IMG/VR virus record: IMGVR_UViG_3300014208_000040
DNA from: an uncultured virus (IMG/VR IMGVR_UViG_3300014208_000040)
Lineage: Duplodnaviria > Heunggongvirae > Uroviricota > Caudoviricetes
Length of the DNA: 64,000 nt
Reading direction: 5' to 3' (one strand)
A model generated the notes under the pieces. It saw only the letters and a program-made list of their open reading frames with translations. It was not told the DNA's origin and made no database searches. The position numbers and the translations under genes were made by a program. Shown in pieces: positions 32,465 through 42,969 of the stretch. Within the stretch, counting starts at the first letter, position 1. Each line of letters starts with the position of its first letter.

Positions 32465-33133
32465 ATGAAACCTGAAAATATAGTACTCGTTCGTCACGGT
32501 CAATCAGAAGGCAACATAAACCATGACATGTATGCTGACACTCCGGATTATACGTTACGGTTAACCCCTATGGGTAGAGAGCAGACTGCCGCGATTGGCA
32601 AAGAATTAGCCGATCTTCTTGGAGATACCACCGTTCAATTTTATGGTTCTCCATTTTGGAGAACTCGGGAAACTTACAAGGAGATTGCCAAGTTTTTTCC
32701 CAACTCAGGATATTACGAAGACCCACGGTTGCGTGAACAAGAATGGGGAAATTATAGAGAGTCGGAAGAAACCAAAAAAATCGAATCTGAACGTGAAGGT
32801 TACGGACATTTCTACTATCGTTTCCCCGATGGAGAATCATGTGCGGATGTTTATGATCGTGTGAGTACTTTTTTCAGCACGTTGCACCGTGACTTTGAGA
32901 AACCACATTTTCCAAAGAATGTCATCATTGTCAGTCATGGAATGACCATCCGGGTTTTCCTAATGAGATTCTTTCACTTATCCGTGGAGGCGTTTGAAGA
33001 AATGGCAAACCCAAGGAACTGTGAATACTTTGTTTTGAAATTGAATCGTGAAACGGGCAAGTATGCCTTGATCACGATGCCACGAAAACACGAAGTCAAA
33101 CACGACTATCAGTTTAATTGGAATACCGCTTGA
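32465..33133 (+). CDS. Histidine phosphatase (PGM family)
   Basis: LVRHGQSEGN, SPFWRT, RLREQEWG, GES, VSHG. Confidence 0.92.
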   Translation: MKPENIVLVRHGQSEGNINHDMYADTPDYTLRLTPMGREQTAAIGKELADLLGDTTVQFYGSPFWRTRETYKEIAKFFPNSGYYEDPRLREQEWGNYRESEETKKIESEREGYGHFYYRFPDGESCADVYDRVSTFFSTLHRDFEKPHFPKNVIIVSHGMTIRVFLMRFFHLSVEAFEEMANPRNCEYFVLKLNRETGKYALITMPRKHEVKHDYQFNWNTA

Positions 33134-33853
33134 CTTTTTATATTCGTGTGGTAGGATACTTACATGACAATACCTTGTATTGAAGTTAAATGTTCATGTG
33201 GTAACAAATGGATGATTGCCATGCCACCGTGGGAAGTTTCTTGGTCAACATGGACAGAAGGTGGATATTCAAATTGTCCGGTTTGTAAAAAATTGCCCGA
33301 GTCGTTTATTTGGGCAGGATTTCAACCAATTGGTGGAAAATAATATGAAGATGAAAACATTCATCAGTAACTCGGTGTTCTTGTCTGACGTTCCAAAGGA
33401 ACACCGTTCGGCTAATGGCAATTGTCAATACGCAACGGTTGTAAGGGCGAAAACCAAGAAACGAGTGGCTGAATTACTTGAGTGTTCCTATGGAACACTT
33501 GTCAATTTTTATGGTTGCCACGAAGCCGGACCAAATCATATTGGAATTCCTCAAAAAGACGAAACAATTTACTACCGTGTCGAACACACCAAAACGGGGT
33601 TTGTCGGAGAGTGGTTTGAATACATAAAGAAATAATAAATGAAAATTTTTGAAACAAATTGTATTATCGTTATAGAAATGACTCGTTTGGAAAAACAAAG
33701 TTATTTTGATACATTTGGAGAATTTTATTGGAATGATACCGAAAATATTGTTTGTATTCCTCTCCAAAAAATGGAACGTGACGAAATTTCAAAACTAGAA
33801 ACGTTTTTCTCTGGAATGAATTTCTCAAAAGCACAGTATTTGGTAATCGAATT

Positions 33854-34339
33854 ATGAAAACAATTGATTGTAACCTTCTCGACGTTCAAGCCGATATCAT
33901 CGGCCATTGCTGCAATTGCCAAAACACAATGGGCAGTGGTGTGGCTGCCGCCATCCGTCAAGAGTATCCCGAAGCCTACGATGTGGATTGTAAGACGGTC
34001 AAGGCTGACAAAGCCAAGTTGGGTACCGTAAGTCTGGCCGTCGTGATTGACCCAACTCTTCACAAGAATCAAACCATCAAAGCTGTTGTCAATCTTTATG
34101 GTCAATACTCCTACGGTGGAGAAAGGCCCATGAGTTACGAAGCGATTTACACCGCCTTGGTGGCCTTCAAAGAGAAGTTGAAGCCCGCTGTCAAGACTGT
34201 GGCTTTTCCGTATAAAATGGGGGCAGATAGGGCAGGTGGTTCGTGGCCTATTATTGAAAAAATGATAGAAATAGTGTTTGAAAATAGTGGTGTTGATGTA
34301 ATTATTTGTAAGTTCGACCCAAATAAATCCCCTGTTTGA
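33854..34339 (+). CDS. Macrodomain protein (ADP-ribose binding/hydrolase)
   Basis: HCCNCQNTMGSGVAAAI, NLYGQ, FPYKMGADRAGGSW. Confidence 0.88.
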   Translation: MKTIDCNLLDVQADIIGHCCNCQNTMGSGVAAAIRQEYPEAYDVDCKTVKADKAKLGTVSLAVVIDPTLHKNQTIKAVVNLYGQYSYGGERPMSYEAIYTALVAFKEKLKPAVKTVAFPYKMGADRAGGSWPIIEKMIEIVFENSGVDVIICKFDPNKSPV

Positions 34340-34365
34340 TGAGTTGTCATATATTTATACAGTGT

Positions 34366-35214
34366 ATGATAACCGATAAATGTCCTATTTGTAAAAAAGA
34401 ATTAACTTTCAAAACTGTTAGCGGACATTACAAATTTGTAAAGTATCATCGGCAATGCCGGTCATGTTCTAAAACAAAACCATCACACCCACAAGAAGAC
34501 TTCATACGATTTTGTAGCCGTTGTGGAACACCAAAAGTTTACAAAACAATATCAGAAAAAAATAGAGCCGACCGAAAACATCAACAATGTAAATCTTGTG
34601 CGGCTATTCTTCACAATGGAATGAAAGGAAAACATCATTCCAAAGAAACAATAGAAAAATATTTCAAAGGAGAAAAGAATCCACAATTCGGAAAACCATT
34701 GTCAGACCAAACCAAAGAAAAATTAAGAAACAAACTTTCCGGAGAAAACAATCCTTTTTATGGAAAAAAACATACGGATGACATTTTAAGAAAGAACGTG
34801 GAAGTAAATAGCGGAATAAATAGTTTTTGGTATGGAAGAAAACATTCCGAAAACACCAAAATAAAAATGAGATGCTCCATGATACAACGACTGAAAGATT
34901 TGGGCTTTCATTATCGTGGTAATTTTAACAAAGTAGCATGTGAATATTTTGATAAATTGAACAAACAAAATGGATGGAGTCTTCAACATGCTATGAACGG
35001 TGGCGAAATTGATGTTTTAGGATATTGGGTTGATGGATATGACAAAGATAAAAATATCATAGTTGAATATGACGAACCAAAACACTACGATTGTTTTGGA
35101 AATTTAAGACCTAAAGATGTTAAACGAATGTCACGAATCATAAATCAAACTGGCTGTAAATTTTTCAGATACAACGAACGAACAAAAACATTAACCGAAC
35201 ACTTTTCTTCTTGA
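34366..35214 (+). CDS. NUMOD3-repeat homing endonuclease with Vsr/PD-(D/E)xK-like C-terminal domain
   Basis: GKHHS, GEKNPQFGK and GENNPFYGKKH repeats; VDGYD..IVEYDEPKH. Confidence 0.78.
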   Translation: MITDKCPICKKELTFKTVSGHYKFVKYHRQCRSCSKTKPSHPQEDFIRFCSRCGTPKVYKTISEKNRADRKHQQCKSCAAILHNGMKGKHHSKETIEKYFKGEKNPQFGKPLSDQTKEKLRNKLSGENNPFYGKKHTDDILRKNVEVNSGINSFWYGRKHSENTKIKMRCSMIQRLKDLGFHYRGNFNKVACEYFDKLNKQNGWSLQHAMNGGEIDVLGYWVDGYDKDKNIIVEYDEPKHYDCFGNLRPKDVKRMSRIINQTGCKFFRYNERTKTLTEHFSS

Positions 35215-35811
35215 CTTATTATAGAACCGTGTTATGATAGAAGTATGAACGACACGTTATTCCAAAGAATGGAAAAATACCTAAAAGCCAACATGGATGA
35301 GACTTTCTATCGGATTCGGTATTTCAATGGCTTGGATTGTTTCTGTGACCTACACGGAAATTATAAGGCAATAACCCTCGAAGAATCATTGATCCTATTT
35401 CTGAAAGAAAGAGGATTTTGATTACTACTACTAATTTATGAAAAACGAGATTATTATGACAAACAAACTACAATTACTTCAAGAATGGGAAACCCAATAC
35501 AAACAAATTAATGAAGCATACCATTTGGTGAAAAATGTTTTTGATGTCAATCCCGAATCTAATGGGATAAGACCCACATTTGAATTGTTTGATAGATATA
35601 CCGATGTTTTATCCGCGCTCTTGGGCGATACCAGTAATTGGTTGAGTTGGTATGCTTGGGATAATGAATTTGGAATAAAAGAAATGAAAGCCAAGGCATA
35701 CTATTGGAAAAAGTTAAGACCCATCAAAAATCTAAAAACGTTGTTAGAATTAATTGAAGCCAAATAATTCTTCTTGACTTTTTATAGAACATAGATTACA
35801 CTCCTACCACT

Positions 35812-37083
35812 ATGGCAACACTGATTAAAGAAGTCCGTCTGATTAAGGTTGAACAGACAGATGAAACGAATTCGTATAAATACTGGAATGGGCAACTGTT
35901 TGACGACGGCAACGTTCATGCGGAATGGGGCCGCGTTGGTTGTGCTAATCCAGCAAGCGGTGATTGGTCAGGTGGTGAAACATATCTTGATAAGAAGAAA
36001 CGTGAAAAGGAGAAAAAAGGATATGTAGAACAAAAAACCGTTGGCGTGGCTAATACTGGTAGCATGTCGTCAGTCAAAGTTGATTCTAACCTCCGTGAAA
36101 TCGCCAAGAAAGAACTTCTCAAGGATGCTTCCAACACTGTGTTGGCGGGTTTGGTTGACCGCCTTGTTAAGTCAAACATTCACAAAATCACCGCAACTAC
36201 CAACATTACTTTCAACAATACCACAGGTTTATTTCAAACTCCGTTAGGGATTGTAACTCCATCGGGAATTAGTGAGGCTCGTGACATTCTTGCTCAAATT
36301 CATCCGTTGGTCAAGGCGTCTCGGTTCACCCCTACGTTGAACGATTACGTCAACAAATACGTGCTCATCGTTCCTCAAAACTTGGGCATGAAACGTTTTA
36401 ACGCTGAGACGGTGTTTCCCGATGAAACTGCGGTTCAGAAACAGTCCGACATTCTCGACAGTTTAGAGGCATCCTATCAGGCCATGACAACTTCGACGCC
36501 CAAAGAGGTTGGAACACCTACCGAATCTGGAGTGTTCAAAGTTGACCTTGATACTTTTAATGACTCCAAAGAAACAGATAGAATCACTCGTTGGTTTAAT
36601 TCTAGTAATCATTCCACCCACGGATATAGAAATGTTAAAATTCGAAATTTCTTCAAAGTAAAAATTCATGATAATTGGAATAATTTCAATGAAAAATTGG
36701 GAAATGTAAAAGAAATCTGGCACGGTTCGGGGGAGGGAAATCTTCTCAGTATTTTGAAAGTCGGATTAAAATCCGCTCCTCCATCCACGGTTCACATTAC
36801 CGGAAAAATGTTTGGTGCTGGTCATTATGGCGCTCTCGATAGTTCCAAGTCAATGCAGTACACATTTGGACGATTTGGTGGTAACAGTGGAGATACGGGC
36901 TGGTTAATAGTCGCGGATTTTGCTTTGGGGAATACTTACTACATTAAAAGTTACGGAGGAAATAAACCGTCTGGATACGATTCAATTTGGGCAAAGAAAG
37001 AACACACCGGCCTCCGATTTGATGAATTGATTGTTCCCAAGGACAACCAAGTTAGAATTAAATATCTTCTTGAAGTTAAGTGA
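35812..37083 (+). CDS. WGR-domain PARP-like ADP-ribosyltransferase
   Basis: EWGRVG WGR domain; WHGS, GKMFGAGHYGA..SKS..Y, FDELIV (H-Y-E triad). Confidence 0.88.
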   Translation: MATLIKEVRLIKVEQTDETNSYKYWNGQLFDDGNVHAEWGRVGCANPASGDWSGGETYLDKKKREKEKKGYVEQKTVGVANTGSMSSVKVDSNLREIAKKELLKDASNTVLAGLVDRLVKSNIHKITATTNITFNNTTGLFQTPLGIVTPSGISEARDILAQIHPLVKASRFTPTLNDYVNKYVLIVPQNLGMKRFNAETVFPDETAVQKQSDILDSLEASYQAMTTSTPKEVGTPTESGVFKVDLDTFNDSKETDRITRWFNSSNHSTHGYRNVKIRNFFKVKIHDNWNNFNEKLGNVKEIWHGSGEGNLLSILKVGLKSAPPSTVHITGKMFGAGHYGALDSSKSMQYTFGRFGGNSGDTGWLIVADFALGNTYYIKSYGGNKPSGYDSIWAKKEHTGLRFDELIVPKDNQVRIKYLLEVK

Positions 37084-37227
37084 TTTGTTATTTTTCACAT
37101 ATTTATATGTGGCACTGATAACAAGAATTTACGGAAGTAGTATCTCCACAACCAACTCTATCAGTGCCAACAAAATAGTCAAATGGTTTGTTGGTATTAC
37201 TTCCACTTTTTAAGGCACTGATAGTTT

Positions 37228-38124
37228 ATGAAACATATTAAACGTATAGGGATAAATAACAAACGTTTATCAAAATCCGAATGGAAATCAATCTCTAATA
37301 ATTACGGGGTTTACAAAATTTGGAATAGACATAACAACAAATTTTATATTGGTAGTGCTAATAATCTTCTAAAGAGATACTATTCACATATTAGATTACT
37401 TCAAGTTGGAAATCATCCTAATTTACACTTACAAAATTCGTGGAATAAATATGGACATTCTCAATTTGAGTTTCATATTTTAAACATTACGTCTTCACAT
37501 TTGGGTGCTATAAAAATTGAACAAAAATATCTAAACAAATTTGTTGGTTCGAACGAATGTTATAACATATCCACAGACGCAACATCCCCAATGAAAGGAA
37601 GACATCATACTGACGCAACAAAGGAAAAATTAAGGCTTTGTGATAATGCTAAACAAGGCGGCATTTTTTTAAAAAATTGGGTTAATAAAAACTGGAAAGG
37701 CAAAAAATGGAGTAAGCGTTGGATAGATAAATTTAAAGAAATAGCCAACACAAGAGATGACACAAAAAGAATCAAATCATTAAAAACCGTTGAACACAGA
37801 GAAAAAATTTCAAAAATAATGAAAGGAAAAAAGAATCCATCCGTTTCTAAAAGATTGAAAAAACTTTGGAAAAACAAAGAGTATCGGCAAAAAATGTTCG
37901 AATTATTATCCGTTCCACAATCCGACGAACAAAAGAAAAAATCTTCTGTAACAAATCTAGGAAAAAGTATCTCTCTTATAAATTCAAATGGAAAAATAAT
38001 AAATCTAATATCTATACGGAATTTTTCGGAAACATTTAAAATTAGGCGTCGTGAAATTCAAGAAGTTATTAATGGGAAGCGATTAGAATACCGAGGGTGG
38101 AGACTTTATCAAGTTAACACTTGA
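37228..38124 (+). CDS. GIY-YIG homing endonuclease
   Basis: GVYKI...FYIGSA...R...H, LQNSWNKYG, EQKYL, YN, KGRHHT (NUMOD3). Confidence 0.9.
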   Translation: MKHIKRIGINNKRLSKSEWKSISNNYGVYKIWNRHNNKFYIGSANNLLKRYYSHIRLLQVGNHPNLHLQNSWNKYGHSQFEFHILNITSSHLGAIKIEQKYLNKFVGSNECYNISTDATSPMKGRHHTDATKEKLRLCDNAKQGGIFLKNWVNKNWKGKKWSKRWIDKFKEIANTRDDTKRIKSLKTVEHREKISKIMKGKKNPSVSKRLKKLWKNKEYRQKMFELLSVPQSDEQKKKSSVTNLGKSISLINSNGKIINLISIRNFSETFKIRRREIQEVINGKRLEYRGWRLYQVNT

Positions 38125-39398
38125 CTTCTATAAAATGTATGGTATGATGTCGTAATGAAAAAGCCGATAACTAAATTCGCTTGTGAAGTAATTACTAAAA
38201 ACGTTCCTCAAGTTACGATACAACACGCATCGGGTTGGGGCGAGAATGCTCAGTCAACGACCCTTGATGGAGTGCCCATGAAGTTCACGGTCATACGTGA
38301 TGGTAAACCTTCATTCTCTTTTCGTATCTGTGAGACGGGCCGATTGATTTTCACGAGTTACGATGGAAGTTATGAATTCGGCCCTGTTCGTAATCTCGAC
38401 CTTGAACCTTCACGCCCTTGGAAAACATAATGAAACTTCGTAAAGGAACACATTTGTATTGGATAAAGAACCATCCAAAAGATTCCACACTCTGTCCACT
38501 CTGTAACTCTCCGTTGTCAGGCTGCCACATTGGGGAATTCTGTTCCAAAAAGAAATGCCCTTATGTTGACGGAGTGGCTTGGTTGACCAAGACTCAAGCC
38601 AAGAGATTCAAAAACAAAATTTGGAACTTACGGTGATGCCATGACGAAAGCCGCAAATAATACTACAAAATGAAAACTAACATCATGTTTACTGTTCCGG
38701 TGGTTAAAGGGTGGACACGATTCTGTGACATTCCAAACGGAGGACACTTCAAAGACAACGCCGGTCGTAGATTCATCAAATTAGTTGATAAAACTGCTTG
38801 TGGAATTCCTCAAACATTTGGTCGGTTAGTAGCCAAATCCGAATATGGACCAAAAAGTGAACCCCTATTGTTTAATTCCGTAGATTATGATGGTTATGTA
38901 GGAACTTGTCCTGCTTGGGTACCTTTTAAAATTGTTAAGAAACCAAAATGAAATACGACAAAAAAACTAAGAATTTTTCAAATATATGATTACTGCAAAA
39001 ACAGCAATATCTAAAATCAAATCTCAACTTTCAAAAAATGAACGCATTCAACGGAATGAGTGGAAACGAGAAGATATTGAGAAGAAAAAACAAATACAAC
39101 GAGCCAGAATTGAAACTCTTCCATCGGTGTTAAAAGAAGTTGAGAAAGAAATCACAAAAGAAATCAAAAATAATCAGACGAGTTGTTATTTTCATTTTCT
39201 ACCGTGGATGGCCGGAGTTTATTTACAAGATGATGTTGTAAAATTCCTCACTAAAAAAGGATACAAAGTAGAACATAGTAATCATACCCCTACGTCTGGA
39301 GGCGACCCTGATAGTGGAGAAGGAGCGGAAGTTTGTGGACCAACTTCATACAATATTGATATAAGTTGGGATAATGACGAGAAAGAGGAAAAATAAAA

Positions 39399-40379
39399 AT
39401 GAAATACGACAAGACATTCGATTCCCTCAGTCACGGAACTCATTTTCAAACAGCCGATGATGGCCCATTCATTAAAGTAAAGAACATCACTGAATGGTAT
39501 GGTTGGTCTGTGTGGTATCAGGACGATTGGGGTAACAAAAACAAATTCAATGCCATATCTTATAATGGTACACCAACAAACATCAAATGGGATGAAAAGG
39601 TAGCTATCATTGACCCATCTTGGAACGCTCTCTTGGAAGAACTCAAATTTTTTGGTGAAAGTTTTTCTAAAAACCCTCTTGACAATTCTACCTCATGTGA
39701 TAAAGTGGAAGAGTCAAAGGCAACAACTGACGTGGTTGCTGCCGAATTGTTGAAAAATAAACACATAGAAACAACAAAACAAATGAATACATATAACAAC
39801 CTGACGGAAGCGGTTATTGCCGCTATTAACGAACTCAAGGCGGCTGACACTCTGTCTGCCCACCAAATCACTCAACTGATTCGGCAGAAGACTAATCAGG
39901 ACGAATGGGTGGTGGTCGGTTCGGAAGCTCGACCCAACCAACAGAACATCAAGTATTGGATTAACCACGACGATGTTCGTCGGATTCTGAATGAACTCTA
40001 CGCCAACAACGAGTTGGATGCTCTCGGTTTTACGGGTCGTCAGTTCAACGGTACCTACATGGAATACACTTTCGGTTCGACTCCACTCGATGCCTCGGGT
40101 GACGTGGCTGGAACGGCTGGATGCTCAACGGGTCAAGTCAACCCTGTTCAATCAACTCCGGTTCCTGCGACGGTTTCCACCACGTCTCAACGCCTCGATG
40201 AATGTATTGAGAGCCTGAAACTTATCGGTGGTGACGTGACCCTGAAACGGGTTCAGAGCGCCCTCAAAACCAAGGGTTTAACTTGTGACTCGCTTTACAA
40301 GATACTCACGATCACCGGTTATACGGTGAATCCCGGCCCTTCGGCGGATGATTACTACTCACAATATGTCGTCGAATGA
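39399..40379 (+). CDS. Hypothetical protein, possibly a fusion of two genes
   Basis: N-terminus resembles the 38670 ORF; internal TTGACA promoter-like site near 39679 precedes a possible second start. Confidence 0.5.
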   Translation: MKYDKTFDSLSHGTHFQTADDGPFIKVKNITEWYGWSVWYQDDWGNKNKFNAISYNGTPTNIKWDEKVAIIDPSWNALLEELKFFGESFSKNPLDNSTSCDKVEESKATTDVVAAELLKNKHIETTKQMNTYNNLTEAVIAAINELKAADTLSAHQITQLIRQKTNQDEWVVVGSEARPNQQNIKYWINHDDVRRILNELYANNELDALGFTGRQFNGTYMEYTFGSTPLDASGDVAGTAGCSTGQVNPVQSTPVPATVSTTSQRLDECIESLKLIGGDVTLKRVQSALKTKGLTCDSLYKILTITGYTVNPGPSADDYYSQYVVE

Positions 40380-40771
40380 GGTTTGCATCCATGAATCGGA
40401 CAAAATTCCAAACTAATAACAATACAAAAATTATGAACTCAATATCAACTGTAATGTTGGCCGGCTTTGCCGCTATTGGACTTTTATTCGGCGTCGCGGT
40501 TCTCACCCTTTACGGAGCGTGGTCTGGCGCCTTCATCGCAACTCACCTTTGGGCATGGTACGTCATGCCGGCCTTTGGGGTAACATCACTCAAAATGATT
40601 CATGCCTTCGGAATTTCCCTCCTTATCAGTTTTTGGACTTACCATCATCGTTCACACTATAGCAAGGATGAACGTAAAATGGGTGAAAAGATTATGGAAA
40701 TAATTATTCTTATGTCATATCCGTGGATGATTTTATTTTTAGGTTGGTTGGGTGTCGTGCTCTTCATGTAA
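40376..40771 (+). CDS. Membrane protein
   Basis: 3-4 hydrophobic helices. Confidence 0.65.
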   Translation: MRFASMNRTKFQTNNNTKIMNSISTVMLAGFAAIGLLFGVAVLTLYGAWSGAFIATHLWAWYVMPAFGVTSLKMIHAFGISLLISFWTYHHRSHYSKDERKMGEKIMEIIILMSYPWMILFLGWLGVVLFM

Positions 40772-40837
40772 CCTACAAATAATTCACCCGATTGTATTTG
40801 ACTTTTCTCGGAAATGGGGGTATAATATCCTCAACAG

Positions 40838-41680
40838 TTGAGAAACAAAAACACAGAACAATATATGAATACAGACCTAGAAGTAAAACGTAAACGCATT
40901 GAACTGGCCGTAAAACTCTTGGCCCTCGGAGTCATTGGATTTTTCGTTGCCCCCTTCATCTACGTCGCCATTGGAGGAATGATTGGTTTGATCGTAGCCG
41001 GAGGCATTGGTTTGGTGGCTATTAACTTCGCTCCTTCTGTGGCCGCCTTGGTTGCCAACTGGCGTTTGAAGGCTCTCAAAGCCGTGGCGTCAGCCAATCC
41101 CATTGAAACCTTGGAAAATCGTTATCAAGACAGGCAGAACGCCCTTGTTGGTATTCGTGAAAACATCAAGAAATCTTACGCCGTTCTCCAAGAACTTTGG
41201 TCACAAATCCAAGAGCACACGGAGAAGTATCCGAACCGTCCTTCGCAATACCTTGACAAATACAACAAGTTGAAGTCTTTGGTGGAACTTCGTGGCAAGA
41301 AATACAAACACGCCCAAGCCAACCTCGTGACGTTCGGTGAACTGATTGAAGAAAAACGTTCCGATTGGAAGATTGCTCAGACGATGGCAGCGGCCTCCGA
41401 GCTGGCCAACGTGGGTGAAGACTTTACCTCAAAATTGCTCCAAGATACCGCCCTCAACACCATTCAAGATGGTTTGAATATGGCCTTCAGCGAACTCGAA
41501 ACGAGTCTATTGGATGAACAGCCGAGTGGTGCTGTAACCGTAGTGGAAGTATCCTCGACTCCTGTGAAAGCGGGTATCACTGTGAAGTGTGGCCCTCCTA
41601 CCCTTGATTTGGGATTTGATACCGACGCTTTCGAAACTATTGTAACTCCGACTCGTCGTCAGAAAATTACAACGTCATAA
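40838..41680 (+). CDS. Membrane-anchored coiled-coil protein
   Basis: Two N-terminal TM helices, NPIETLE, long helical region. Confidence 0.65.
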   Translation: MRNKNTEQYMNTDLEVKRKRIELAVKLLALGVIGFFVAPFIYVAIGGMIGLIVAGGIGLVAINFAPSVAALVANWRLKALKAVASANPIETLENRYQDRQNALVGIRENIKKSYAVLQELWSQIQEHTEKYPNRPSQYLDKYNKLKSLVELRGKKYKHAQANLVTFGELIEEKRSDWKIAQTMAAASELANVGEDFTSKLLQDTALNTIQDGLNMAFSELETSLLDEQPSGAVTVVEVSSTPVKAGITVKCGPPTLDLGFDTDAFETIVTPTRRQKITTS

Positions 41681-41710
41681 CCAACCTCCAACTATAAACT
41701 CAAAACAACC

Positions 41711-41842
41711 ATGAAATTCAGAATCATCGCATCAATCGTCGTAGTCGTCGTGTTGGTCATTGCTGCTATCATCATTGGAGCGGCACGAAATACGCCTGAT
41801 CTGGATGCTGACGGTCAACCAATATCCGTTGAACAGTATTAA
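41711..41842 (+). CDS. Small single-pass membrane protein (43 aa, below the ORF track cutoff)
   Basis: MKFRIIASIVVVVVLVIAAIIIGAARNTPDLDADGQPISVEQY*. Confidence 0.65.
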   Translation: MKFRIIASIVVVVVLVIAAIIIGAARNTPDLDADGQPISVEQY

Positions 41843-41868
41843 CCGTAATTAACCAAACAAATCAAAAC

Positions 41869-42936
41869 ATGAAACTAAACTCCCTACTCCTAATCGGTGC
41901 CCTCACCTTGGCAACTGCCTTTGGTGTTTCGGCTCAAACCAACGCCCTCTTTATCAAGGGAACGTTGAACATCAACTACAACACACGCCAAAATCCGCCG
42001 GGAACAAAAGGCATTCAAGACAATTACGACATCAACATCAATGTCGCCAATAGTGCTTTATTTCATGGTAAAATGACTGACCGGCCTCAGATTATTGATG
42101 GTTGGATTAGTAAGAAAGTCGTTCAATCTCGTTCATTGAAATATGACGTGGCTTGTGATGTAGTGAATCCCAAAAATATCACGCAGACTCGAAACATTGG
42201 TCGTATGTATGGTTTTGTGCCGATTACTTCCGAAGGCATCTATGACTATGACAAAGGAACTCTCGTGGTGGACATTCTACCGATAGGTAATGCCGGAGGT
42301 TTCACTAGCAAGTTTAGTGGTCAAGCCGCCGGCAAGCCACTCATCCGCCCCTCGAATTGGACAGATACAATTCGTGAAACCGTAAACATCAATCGTCTTG
42401 TTAATGGAAAACCCATGTCAGTCGCTTTGAAACGTTATGACAAAATGGATTTCCGTCAAGTCATACTTGCTCAAGGACCAATTCAAATCTATCAGTCCGT
42501 TTCCGTCAATGGTCAAATGCTATATGATTACGACAAGGAATGTTGGTTCTTCAATAACTTCACGGTTCAGTATGCTGATAGTGGCGTTGTCAAGATTGAT
42601 CGTGTGACTGGTACCATCCGATACGTCAAGGACAAGGATTACGCCGTCAACAAGGTTAGCCAATACGAATTCGATGTTCGTGTAAATGAACCGATTGCGG
42701 ATGGTACTGGAGCGTTTTCCGCTCCAACTAGCGAGTCAGACTTCTTTTCAACTGACAACACCGTTCCCGGATTGGTCGGAACGATGAAGTATAAGGACAC
42801 TGTAAACACTAAGGGCGAAACAGTAGGTTCATCGGTGGCAATTGACCTTAACGGAAACAACATCACTAAGCAACAACTTATGGTGCTCAACAAGGTGATT
42901 ATCTTCGCATCCGTCATTCCGATGAACGCGGATTGA
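41869..42936 (+). CDS. Secreted beta-rich protein
   Basis: Sec signal peptide ending VSA|QTN. Confidence 0.7.
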   Translation: MKLNSLLLIGALTLATAFGVSAQTNALFIKGTLNINYNTRQNPPGTKGIQDNYDININVANSALFHGKMTDRPQIIDGWISKKVVQSRSLKYDVACDVVNPKNITQTRNIGRMYGFVPITSEGIYDYDKGTLVVDILPIGNAGGFTSKFSGQAAGKPLIRPSNWTDTIRETVNINRLVNGKPMSVALKRYDKMDFRQVILAQGPIQIYQSVSVNGQMLYDYDKECWFFNNFTVQYADSGVVKIDRVTGTIRYVKDKDYAVNKVSQYEFDVRVNEPIADGTGAFSAPTSESDFFSTDNTVPGLVGTMKYKDTVNTKGETVGSSVAIDLNGNNITKQQLMVLNKVIIFASVIPMNAD

Positions 42937-42969
42937 TAACAATCGATAATCCTCAATCGACAAACGTAT

